This document shows positions 1 through 10,800 of a stretch of DNA of 40,407 nt, in pieces. The stretch is taken from assembly GCF_006345805.1 (NCBI RefSeq), contig NW_021835394.1, positions 1 through 40,407 of the forward strand, read 5' to 3'. Both the position numbers and the translations under genes were made by a program. The notes beneath the pieces are model-generated. The model was not told where the DNA came from and made no database searches. It worked only from the letters and a program-made list of their open reading frames with translations. Position 1 is the stretch's first letter, and each line of letters starts with the position of its first letter. This DNA comes from Octopus sinensis. Lineage: Eukaryota.

Positions 1-172
1 ATTACCATCATCATCATCATCATCAACACTGCTGCTGCTGCTGCCATCACCACCGCCGCCACTCCACCCCCACCCCGCCACCACTACCACCACCACCACC
101 ACCATTCACAATAACAACGCTATCAGCAGTAGCCGCAGCAGCAGTAGCAGCAGCAGCAGTAGCAACAACAAC
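1..172. repeat. Compound trinucleotide low-complexity tract (CAT/CTG/CAC/CAG/AAC)
   Basis: Successive runs catcatcat, gctgctgct, caccaccac, agcagcagc, aacaacaac. Confidence 0.9.
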
Positions 173-249
173 TTTTTTTAAGTTTGTAACTAATGATTTC
201 TGCATAAAATATCAGCAACAACGAACCGACCAAGGAAGAAAAGCTTCTA

Positions 250-363
250 CGTGGTTATTCCCATATGCTAGAAACAGCAGTTAAATCTCTCTCACTCTCT
301 CAACTAACCTACGGCAGTCGCTAAATAATAATAATAATAATAATAATGATAATAATAATAAAA

Positions 364-401
<38 letters not shown>

Positions 402-432
402 ATGATAATAATAATAATAATAAGAAATAATG

Positions 433-463
<31 letters not shown>

Positions 464-550
464 GTTATACATCTGGTATTGCAGCCAACATGAGCTACAG
501 CAGACCACGTTGAATCATAGGTTTCCTGGTAGAGAGTTTCTTAGGGCTAA
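250..550 (+). mobile_element. Old interspersed repeat (family E, TGCTAGAAA(T/C)AGCAG motif) interrupted by (AAT)n/(GAT)n
   Basis: gtggttattcccatatgctagaaacagcagttaaatc resembles copies at ~8945-8985(-), 11295-11365(-), 31795-31855, 33540-33730 and 34785-34880. Microsatellite at 323-462. Confidence 0.55.
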
Positions 551-959
551 AAAATGAAAACAACATGAAGAAAAACAATATGGAATTATTGAAATTGATA
601 TTTTTTTATAAAGTTTTATATCAATTAATTTTTCTTGTTTTTCATTAAACTTGTTTTCTTTTTTTTTTTTTTTACTAATTTATTGAAATTATGAAATTTT
701 GTTGCTTCTTTATTTTTCTCTTAATAAAATTATCAAGATTGTGAAAGAAAACTTGTGTGTTACATCCTACCCAAGCCACCACCCGACAAAAAAAATTTGA
801 AAAATTAAATGAAATAAACGAGTTGAAAGGGGGGAGTCTGGCGGCGGGTGTACGTGGTCGGACGTGTTTACGAGAAGTAGCAGTACATCCGAGGTATGAT
901 TACCGTTTTACAAAGCCCAAGCCCCGTTAAGTGTTCAAAAACATATGATTGATATGTAC

Positions 960-960
960 C

Positions 961-995
<35 letters not shown>

Positions 996-1083
996 GAATA
1001 TATATTGAACATATATATTATATATATTATATATATATATAATTATATATATATATATATATATACATATATACATATATATT

Positions 1084-1121
<38 letters not shown>

Positions 1122-1185
1122 CTATATTATATCTATATATATACATACATACATCATACATATATATATATATTATATATCTATA

Positions 1186-1226
<41 letters not shown>

Positions 1227-1232
1227 TATATA
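960..1232. repeat. (TA)n microsatellite array
   Basis: Near-continuous TA dinucleotides. Confidence 0.97.
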
Positions 1233-1237
1233 AAAGC

Positions 1238-1535
1238 ATCGGGCCGATCAAAACCTTTGGAGTAGATTTGGTAAACGGAGACTGAAAAGAAGCCTGTTGT
1301 GTGAGTGTGTGTGTGTGTATGTGATTTATATATTTGGGTGTCTGCATTTGTCCCAGCACTATGGCTTAACAACCGATGTTGGTGTGTCTATGTCCCCGTT
1401 GCTTAGTGGTTCGGTGAAACAGACCGATAGAATAAGTATCAGGCTTACAAAGAATAAATCCTCGGGTCGAATTGTTCAACTAAAGTTGGTGCTCAAGCAT
1501 AGCCGCAGTCAAATGATTAAAACAGATAAAAGAAT
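1238..1535 (+). mobile_element. SINE family A, 5'-truncated
   Basis: cgggccgatcaaaacc...ggagactgaaaagaagcc-(TG)n-...gaccgatagaataagta...agcatagccgcagtcaaatgattaaaacagataaaag aligns with the full copies at 12188, 13942, 21207 and 32276. Confidence 0.9.
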
Positions 1536-1545
1536 ACATACATAC

Positions 1546-1585
<40 letters not shown>

Positions 1586-1654
1586 TATATATATAATATA
1601 TATAAGATACATATATACATATATATATGTTTGTATATGCGTATGTATGCATGT

Positions 1655-1800
1655 ATTAGTTTCCGCCAGAGGCTGTGACCTTGCTGAAGAAATAGATATA
1701 TAGATACTAAGATATTATCGAAACCTATATCTATAAATGAGCTGTGCTTTTGTTGTTAAATTACCTTGTTTCTATAGGATCCTGAAAATTTTATAATATT
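1655..1800 (+). mobile_element. Probable Penelope-like element 3' end with degenerate hammerhead core
   Basis: CTGAAGA (1684-1690) ... CGAAAC (1719-1724) followed by a T-rich tail, the layout of PLE pLTR ends. Confidence 0.45.
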
Positions 1801-2227
1801 ACATACATATATAATTTTGTGTGTATATAATTCTATATAACACACGCATATATATACACACGCACACACACATATATGCATATATATATTATATATATAT
1901 ATATAATATATATGCATGTATTTTTATATATATATATATATATATATCGAGAGAGAGAGAGGAGAGAGACAGACAGACAGACAGACAGACACAAGTTTGT
2001 GGATTTATATATATGTCTATGTAAACATACAGAAAACACAATACAAGACATACCTATATACATACACACATCCTTATATATGTGTGAATGTTTTTTCATG
2101 TGCATATATCTATTTCTTCTATATATCTATGTATGTATGTATGTATCTATATATAATATATATTATATATATATATATATAATTATATATATTATATATG
2201 CCTGTGTAATGTGTGTATGTACATATA

Positions 2228-2431
2228 TGTCCTCTAAAATTACTGGGTTGCCACGACCGGAACAATCCAAATAACAAGGAAAAATGGCTGCAAAATGAGT
2301 AGGCGTCGTCGGGGTTTTGGTGGTAACAAGGCAATAAATAAATAAATTGCTCACCCTATGTGAGTCTTTGTGTGTTGGAGAATTGCACGTAGTGACTCCC
2401 ATTAGAACCCATACATAGAGCCTTCATAACA
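2228..2431 (+). mobile_element. Possible solo or 5' LTR fragment
   Basis: Non-microsatellite island starting TGT, ending TAACA, with internal AATAAA repeats (2333-2346). No second LTR or TSD seen. Confidence 0.25.
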
Positions 2432-2861
2432 GGGAGCTTGATGCAGTGGTGACTGAACGCACAGCGGACAAAACAACCAAGTTTGTGCGTATAATAATAA
2501 TAATAGATACAATAGACATTCCTCTCTATGTATATAGATATCAAAACATTAGGGTCTACAAAGATCAATCACTGGTGAGTATCGAACTCTTCGCTTTGGT
2601 TTTGAACAATTGCATTACTTACGCCCTGCCTATTTCAATACATACACGATACATATATACAAAAAAGAAAAAGGTGTAACAATATGGTTGGTCTCAGACT
2701 GTTCGTTGAATTATGTATGTGCGTGTATGCGTATATTTGTATGTGTTTGTATGAGTGTGTGTGTGTGTGTATGAACACACACATATGTTTAGTGTTGACT
2801 GTTATGACTTACCTATGTATTCACAGGCGATACTCAGAGTAGCAAGAGACTAACTCGACTA

Positions 2862-3132
2862 AGATATATATATATATAAATATATATATATACATATATA
2901 TATACATATATATATATATAATACATATACATATACATATATATATATACATATACATATATATAGATAGATAGATAGATATGGGTATATTATATATATA
3001 TATATTATTATATATATTATATATATATATATATATATACATATATATATACATATACATATATATATATATATATAAATATATATATATGTATATATAT
3101 ATGTGTATATATTATATACCCATTTCTATCAG

Positions 3133-3168
<36 letters not shown>

Positions 3169-3212
3169 ATAGATAGATAGATAGAAGTAGATAGATAGAT
3201 AGATAGATAGAT
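2862..3212. repeat. (TA)n and (TAGA)n microsatellite array
   Basis: Direct inspection. Confidence 0.95.
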
Positions 3213-3239
3213 ATGCATACATACGTATATAACTATGTT

Positions 3240-3427
3240 CACAATTCACTAAAAAAAAACAGCAAAAGATGAAGACAGGTGGTGTAGACAACAGATGTGT
3301 TAGAATAATGCTCGGGAAGTGAAAAACTCTTTAACGTTTCGAGCCTACGCTCTTCCACAGAAAGGAACACAGAAAGAAACAATATAAATAAAGAATATGT
3401 ATTGACTAGCGATCCATCATGGCGAAT
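3240..3427 (-). mobile_element. Penelope-like element 3' end (pLTR) fragment
   Basis: Reverse complement matches 27689-27878. Contains ctgtggaagagcgtaggctcgaaacgtta (hairpin GAGC-GTAG-GCTC followed by GAAAC). Confidence 0.7.
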
Positions 3428-3932
3428 ACATACATCAAAACATATATATGCCTGCATGTATGTGTGTATGTATATGCATGTATTTGTGTATGTATACATG
3501 GAAAAGCTTTGCTTTGCATAGACTGTAAGTTTCACAAAAGTGGACATGATAATATTAAACTTGCACGCATTAATACACGTATACATGTATACACGCAATA
3601 CATGTATACACCCAACCTGTAATCAACAAAGTAATGAAACTAATACACCCCTTCTATAACTTAATTATTAGGGAAATAATTTAAAAGAAGTTTCTATTTT
3701 ATTTTTATTTCTATGGGAGAAGTAGAGTTGTGTTGCGAAGCGTCAGACTCTTCTTGTCAGTACCTTTCAGACTGGTCGGATCAAGTGGAGATAGTATACT
3801 CAGTCCGACCCATCCACAATGACTGTAACGAACTGTAACCCAACTAAAAACACCACAGAACCTGATGGTGTAGTTAAATCGGGTGGAAGTTTAAGCCTAC
3901 CACCCGAGAACAAGAACGATAACTCTGAACAA

Positions 3933-4083
3933 CTTCTACGACGTTTTGTATGCGAAAATCTATTCACAAGGCTTTGATCAACCCGAGGCTATAGCAGAAA
4001 TGTCTTCTTGCCCAGGGTGCCGCGTAGTGGGAAACCATAGAATTGGGAAGATAACTTGTTAACCATGCGACCGTGCCTACACC
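3933..4083 (-). mobile_element. SINE family A, 5' part, degenerate
   Basis: ttcacaaggctttgatcaacccgaggctatagcagaa...ttgcccagggtgccgcgtagtggga is the reverse complement of the family A head and core. Confidence 0.8.
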
Positions 4084-4369
4084 CGTAATTTAATTTCAAG
4101 AGACATAATTTTGAATTCGGTGAGAGTTATAAGGAAAAATGAGCCGAATCAAAAATATGATGGGTTATTGTTATGAAATATTAATTTCAATATCAGTTCG
4201 TGGAAAGGAACGATGTTAAAAATCTTTTGTCACCATAATTTAAGAGAAAAAGTTCAAGGACGGAACTAACTAAATTTATTGTTAATGTGTTTATGAGTGT
4301 GAGTGATGAATAATATGAGTGATGAATAATTCAATGCGAACGTTCATGAGAATTCAGGGCTAAATGTCC

Positions 4370-4414
<45 letters not shown>

Positions 4415-4454
4415 TTAGATAGATGTGTGTATGTATATGCATGCATGTATGTTA

Positions 4455-4671
4455 TCTTTTACTTGTTTTAGTCATTGGACTGCGGCAATGCTGGGGCACC
4501 GTCTTGAAGGGTGTTGTCTAATAAATCAACCCCAGTACTTACTTTCATTGTAGACCTGGTTCTTATTCTAACGGCCGCTTGCTGCCAATCTGCTAGGGAA
4601 GAAAACCAACAACATGAGAGTGTCAATCACTGATGGGGGAGGGAGAAACACACACACACACACATATCCCC

Positions 4672-4733
<62 letters not shown>

Positions 4734-4848
4734 GCATGATGGGCTTCTTTCAGTTTCTGTCTATCAAATTCACTCACAGGCGCAGGCATGGGTGTACGAG
4801 CTTCGTTTTCCAACCACCTGGTTTAGGTTTCAATTCTCGCGCGCGCAC
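4455..4848 (-). mobile_element. SINE family A with an inverted 5' segment
   Basis: Minus-strand tail and body 4455-4780, then plus-strand head ggcgcaggcatgggtgt...ccaaccacctggtttaggtttcaattc at 4779-4848. Confidence 0.75.
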
Positions 4849-5374
4849 ATGCACACACACAATTATATACATACATAAATACATACATACATGCATACAT
4901 ACAAAAAAACACCGAAAATTCTTGTAATCAATATAAATCCAGAAGAGGTTTCAATATCAGTTAAAGATAAATTTGATAGGTCGCTCAATCGAGTTAGCAA
5001 AAGCTGAGTTTCTTTAATAAACCATTAAATCTCTAAACTATAACTGCATTGAACTCTAAATGCATCCATCTTTATGTGAGTGTGCATGTGTGCTGCTTAT
5101 TCTTTAGAACTACATAAATGCATTCTTGCACTGACCCCTTCCGCTCTCCCTATCACATCATGTCTCTCTTGTATTCTGACCCTGCTTTGAAAACTTGGAT
5201 CTGCATTTATGTAATGCCACCTAGCATTTCCACATCAAGATCGATAAAGTGAGTTGTTTTATCAAAACCCTTCAAGATAAAGCTGCAGGGTCACACCTCA
5301 GTTATTGGAAGTTAACTGAAATAATGGTTTCAAATTTCGGCACAAAACCAGCAAATTCATGGGACAACTAAGTG

Positions 5375-5811
5375 GATTCTTATTTCAGTAGTAAAGTGCT
5401 GGTTACTTTTACATTTCACCGTTTTGTTTTGCTTGCTATCCTCAATGGACTGCGGCCATCCTTGGGTGCTGCCTTAAAGGAACAGGTAAGTCGATTACGT
5501 CGACCCCAGTCTCCAGATAGGACTAGCTTTATCGATCTCGAAAAAATGAAAGGCAAAGTCGACCGCGGCAGTATTTGAACTCAACACGTATAGACAACGA
5601 AATGCCGGTAAGAATTTTGCTCGGCATAGTAATGATTCTGCCAGCTCGCCGCCTTAATCAACTGAATTTACAAAATGAATGAAAGAATCTGAGTGTATAT
5701 GAAAGGCGTTGCTCACTACGGGGACATTTGAACCCAGAATTTATATTACCGGAATAAATTCCACCAAGCAATTTAGTGAGACGCTAACGATTCGGTCAGC
5801 ACACAGCTAAT
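5375..5811 (-). repeat. Local duplication copy 1 (chimeric SINE, spacer, partial family B head)
   Basis: Colinear with 7837-8273 from gattcttatttca to cacagctaat, including the non-SINE spacer aaaatgaatgaaagaat.tgagtgtatatgaaaggcg. Confidence 0.9.
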
Positions 5812-5814
5812 GTA

Positions 5815-6430
5815 TGCCATCGATATCAAGGGCTGACTGCTACTTTATTTTATTCGATCCCAGAGAGATGAAAAGCAAAGTTGACCCCGGCAGATTTTGA
5901 ACTCAGAATGTAGAGAGCCAGGACAAATAGTGCAAAGCATTTTGTTCTACGCCTTAGCCATTCGTTCACCTTAAGCACTAAGCTAGCAATTTGGAGTGAA
6001 GAGGTTAGTCGATATCATAAAAAAAATGCGCCCTTTTAAAGCTTAGCCAGGATCATGGGCTCGGTTTCTCGGTTTCTATGGCATATGTGCTCCGCAGCTG
6101 GACGGGACGCCAGTCCATCGCAGCGTTACTCATCTTTGCCAGCTGAGTGGACTGGCGCAACGTGAAATGAAGTGTTTTGCTCAAGAACACAACACGTCGC
6201 CCGGTCCAGGAATTGAAACAATCTTACGATCATGATGCTGACACCTTAACCACTAAGCCACGCGCCTCCACCGATACCATCAAACTGGTACATTATTTAA
6301 TCGGCTCTGAAAGGATAAGGGACATAGTTGACCATAGCGAGATTTGAACCTCGCATGTAAATGACCGTAACTAAGTAGCACAAGGCGTGTTGTCCGATGC
6401 TTTAAAGAATCTGCCAGTCCACTGATTTTG
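5815..6430 (-). mobile_element. Tandem degenerate family B SINEs; the second is split by a family C SINE
   Basis: gatgaaaagcaaagttgaccccggcagattttgaactcagaatgt (5867-5910) and ctggtacattatttaatcggctctgaaaggat...gatttgaacc (6285-6350). Confidence 0.75.
6019..6271 (-). mobile_element. tRNA-derived SINE family C1 with V-domain-like segment
   Basis: Minus strand: A-box tggcttagtgg, B-box gtttcaattcc, core gttcttgagcaaaacactt, then ctgcgatggactggcgtcccgtccag (6098-6123), T-run end. TSD cgata(t/c)cat at 6010-6018 and 6272-6280. Confidence 0.88.
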
Positions 6431-7313
6431 CAAGCCTTAATCATCCTTTCTACTGTAAGTGCAAGGCCTGAAGTTTGGGTTGTTGGATGGGAATGGAGGT
6501 AGGGTTAGTTTCTTAATTGATATGATGCCCCATAGACAATAATGCTGCAATCAAATAACTCGTTAACTTATAGAAGAACAAAGACGTAGGTATGCCAATT
6601 TTCGGAAGATGAAAATGAAGTGAAAAAGAAAACATTACGATACCTGTTATCATAAGGCTTTCTCGGTAATAAAGAAAGGGACAGGAACATTCACAGACAT
6701 GATAACCAGGAAAACCATGCTTAAAGAGAAATACAAAAAAAAAAAATCCAAATGGGCACTATACACGTTTTACGAAGAGCGATGTCACCTAAAATCTCAG
6801 TTTTAATATATTTTATTGAGCACTCAGATATACAGACGCTCCGTTTCGCTTTATCCAGTCCTAACGCTTCTCGACATCATATAAGCTTCCACTATATAAA
6901 GAACATGATATTCGTTATCTACCTGGTGTCTAAGTAGTATTGGGGGATGTGTAACTTCAGCAGATATGAGGGGAAATTTTTCATCCTAATAGATTCCAAC
7001 ATAGGCACAAGGCCAAAAGTTTACGTTGTCGGAGAATAGTTGACTATTTTCTGCCTCCATACATAACTGATTACATTGTTTTATCCCCCCGCCCCCGAAT
7101 GTGTAGAAGTTGAAATTTGACCTCACCGGGTTGAAATAGGTGCCTAGAGCCAGAGTTTGGACACAGAGGTACATTTGAATACGACAATCCTATATCTGAT
7201 TAGCATGTGTTCCCTCAACCCTTGTTAAAATGAAATACAAGTTCTTAGTCTTCTGGGACTAGAAATCAGAACGCATTGAACGCAATTCCATTCCGCGAAG
7301 TCTAATTTACGAT

Positions 7314-7629
7314 ATTCTGTTGTGTCTGAGGACAGTCATTTTCTTTTTGTGTCTTATAATTTAACACACTCACCGGTAAAATTTCCACTTATTTCTTATT
7401 TTTATTTTCCTAAAATTTTCGTTTTGTCTTGCAATCTTTTCAAAAGTCGTTGCAAGACGCAACGAAAATTTTAGGAATATAAAAATAAGAAATAAGTGGA
7501 AATTTAACCGGTGAGTGTGTTAAATTATAAGGCACAAAAAGAAAATGGCTGTCCCCAGACACAATAGAATATGCTTCAACACACGAATCCACATAAAGAA
7601 TCTTGCAAACCAAATCCCAAAACGAAATA
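7314..7629. mobile_element. Palindromic (inverted) Penelope-like insertion
   Basis: Arms ~7313-7433 and ~7450-7570 are near-perfect reverse complements; the right arm extends further to 7629. 11-bp TSD taatttacgat at 7303-7313 and 7630-7640. Confidence 0.75.
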
Positions 7630-7836
7630 TAATTTACGATTCTTTAATAATTGTGCGTTAGTAATAGTGATGTTGTTTCCAGCATAAATACAAAAATTGA
7701 AACTTGAAGATTTTATCCGGCCCTTTTGACAATGTTAAAAGATCCCAGAAAAAACAAGAAGAAATTTATGAAATCGTTTGTACCTCTGTCTCTCTCGGTC
7801 TTTTTACTGAGACGATAAAATGTATTTCGACTTTAA

Positions 7837-8273
7837 GATTCTTATTTCAATAGCAAAGTGCTGGTTACTTGTATATTTCATTGTTTTCTTTTACTTGTTA
7901 TCCTCAGTGGACTGCGGCCATCCTTGGGCGCTGCATTAAAAGAATAGTTAAGTCAATTACGTCGGCCCCGGTCTTCAGCTGGTACTTGCTTTATCGATCC
8001 CAAAAAGATGAAAGTGAAAATAGATCGTGGCGGAATTTGAACTCAGCACGTATAGACAACGAAATGCCGGTAAGAATTTTGTTCGGCATGGTAACGATTC
8101 TGCCAGCTCGCCGGCTTAATCAAATGAAATAAGAAAATGAATGAAAGAATGTGAGTGTATATGAAAGGCGGTGCTCACTACGGGGACATTTGAACTCAGA
8201 ATTCATATTATCAGAATAAATTCCACCAAGCCTTTTAGTGAGGCGCTAACGATTCGGGTAGCTCACAGCTAAT
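7837..8273 (-). repeat. Local duplication copy 2
   Basis: Colinear with 5375-5811. Confidence 0.9.
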
Positions 8274-8299
8274 CGAGCCCCAAGGACATTTTATGCCTA

Positions 8300-8582
8300 G
8301 CTCTTATTCTATCGGTCTTTTTGGCCGAACCGCTAATTCACGGAGCCACAAACAAACCAACACCGGTTGCAAATGGTGTTGAAGGACAAACACGAAGACA
8401 CACACAAAGACACACACGACGGACTTCCACGCAATTTCCGTCAACCAAATTCACTCACAAGGCATTGGTCGGCCCATAAGTGTAGTAGAAGACACTTGCT
8501 CCAGATGCCCCTCAGCGGGACGGAACTCGAGACCACGTGGTTGCAAAACGAGTTTCTTAACCACACACCCATGTCTGTACCC
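8300..8582 (-). mobile_element. SINE family A, 3'-truncated
   Basis: cttattctatcggtc...gccgaaccgctaa...tttccgtcaaccaaattcactcacaaggc...gaagacacttgc...aaccacac. Confidence 0.88.
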
Positions 8583-8653
8583 ACGCTTAAAAGATTTTAA
8601 AACAATCAATCTTTATTAAAAATGGGAATTTTTTAATCCCTTTTGTAATACTC

Positions 8654-8755
8654 CGGGGTCGATAAATTAAGTATCAGTTGCATACTGGGATCGATCTAAT
8701 CGACTGACCCACTCCCCAAAAATTTCGGGCTCTTGTGCCTAAAGTAGAAAAGAAT
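8654..8755 (+). mobile_element. SINE family B, 5'-truncated
   Basis: cggggtcgataaattaagtatcagttgcatactgggatcgatctaatcgact...ttgtgcctaaagtagaaaaga. Short TSD aatactc at 8647-8653 and 8753-8759. Confidence 0.85.
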
Positions 8756-9177
8756 ACTCAGACAGAAGCTTTTCTATAAAAATCACTGAGTTAATCAATC
8801 GATAAAATCGAACCCAGAACTTATCACACGTATTATGTATTTTCGACACAGGAAGGATGAAATACAGAGACGTCATTAGGCGGATTTGAACTCAGAATGT
8901 AAAGGGACAGAACAAATACTGAAAGCCGTTTTGTTCCACTATGACGGCTGCTATTTCTAGCAGGCACGTCGAACAACCACAACAGGCATTTCCATTGCTA
9001 TCCTGTATGTTCATGAAACCATCAGTAGCACCCACAGTTTTCTTCATACAATCACACCCACCTCTTTCCTTTCTTTCTTTGTTTCTCCTCACACTCCTTT
9101 CTCGCTCTCTCTCTCTCTCTCTCTCTCCTTCTCCGATTCTCTACTTGTATGTGTGCGTGCGTATGTGTGTGTGTGTG

Positions 9178-9213
<36 letters not shown>

Positions 9214-9231
9214 CATTTGTGTGAGAGAATA

Positions 9232-9620
9232 TATCTTTTATCTTTTACTTGTTTCAGTCATTGGACTGCAGCCATTGTTGGGTCATAGAACTCAATGTTT
9301 TTAAAGCATGGTAGGTACTCATTCTAACATATCTTTGGCCGAACCGTTAAGTTACAGAACTTTAAACAAACCGGCACCGACTCTCAAGCGGTGGTGGGGA
9401 TAAAACCAGAAGACACATTTCATATATATACGCGCGCGCACGCACACACACACACAAACACACACGATAAACTTCTTTTAATTTCCGTCCACCAAATCTA
9501 CTCAGAAGGCATCAGTGGGTCTTGGGCTATTGTACAAGACACTTACTCAAGGAATCACAGAATAGGACCGAACCCAAAACCATATGGTTACGAAGTAAGC
9601 TTCGTATCATACAACCATAA
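9232..9620 (-). mobile_element. SINE family A, full-length degenerate
   Basis: Tail tcttttacttgtttcagtcattggactgcagcca, internal (CA)n, core aagacacttactcaagg. Confidence 0.85.
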
Positions 9621-9644
9621 CTTTACGTTCCGTACATATCTAGT

Positions 9645-9661
9645 TTATATAATACATAATA

Positions 9662-9702
<41 letters not shown>

Positions 9703-10034
9703 TATATATATATTATATATATATAATATATATAATATATATAATATATATATATATGTATATATACAATATGTATATATATATATTTATATGTATATAT
9801 ATGTAAATATATATATATGTAATATATATATATATATATATAATATATATACACCACACACAGAGGCACATGTATACACATACATATATTCATGCTTATA
9901 TGTATATGTATATAATTCTATAAACACAACAAAACACGTAACACTACATATAGAAGTAATGAGGTCGTTATTTTGTATCAGCAGGGACAGACACGAGAAT
10001 GTACACACACACTGACATACACACACATTGACAT

Positions 10035-10075
<41 letters not shown>

Positions 10076-10723
10076 AGCATGGTTATGTGTGCATAAAGGG
10101 GTACTTGTATATGTGTGTGTGGTGTTTGGTTGTGTCGTTTTCAAATGTAGATTCGAATAATACATGTACGCTTGCATACACAGTTGTATGCGAGGAAAGT
10201 TATCGAAATGTAATTTATTCCGCAACATTTTTCGAATACGTCGAATCAACATATATAAAAAAAAAATTATAAAGCAAAAAAAATAATTACCAAATATCTT
10301 ATTCGGTAACTTAATGAGAAAACTGGATTCACAAAATGCAAATGTTCGACATTGTACATGTATGTCTGTCTATATGTGTATATGTATGTATATATGTATG
10401 TATATATGTATGTATACATGTATGCATGCTTACACGTAAGTATGCATGTGTAAAAGTTTATATTCATGCATATATAAGTCTGCTTATATATATATGCACA
10501 CACCTATACATACACATATATACACACATTCTTGTATGCATACGTATTTATATATTCGTTTTTTATATATATATATAGATATATACTATATATAAATATG
10601 TGTTGTATTTATTTACATGTATATACATGCTTGTATGTATGCATATATACACATAATATAATATATTATAAATTTAAATATATACACATATATATATATA
10701 TATATAAATTTAAATATATACCC

Positions 10724-10754
<31 letters not shown>

Positions 10755-10800
10755 CTCGTACCTACATACACACATTGACGCATACACATTAACGCATAAA
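9645..10800. repeat. Cluster of (TA)n, (CA)n and (TATG)n arrays with short unique spacers
   Basis: Direct inspection. Confidence 0.9.

Noticed and set aside
5111-5213. 12-bp inverted repeat tacataaatgca/tgcatttatgta as MITE ends
   Set aside because: Short and AT-rich, with no TSD and no second copy in the window.
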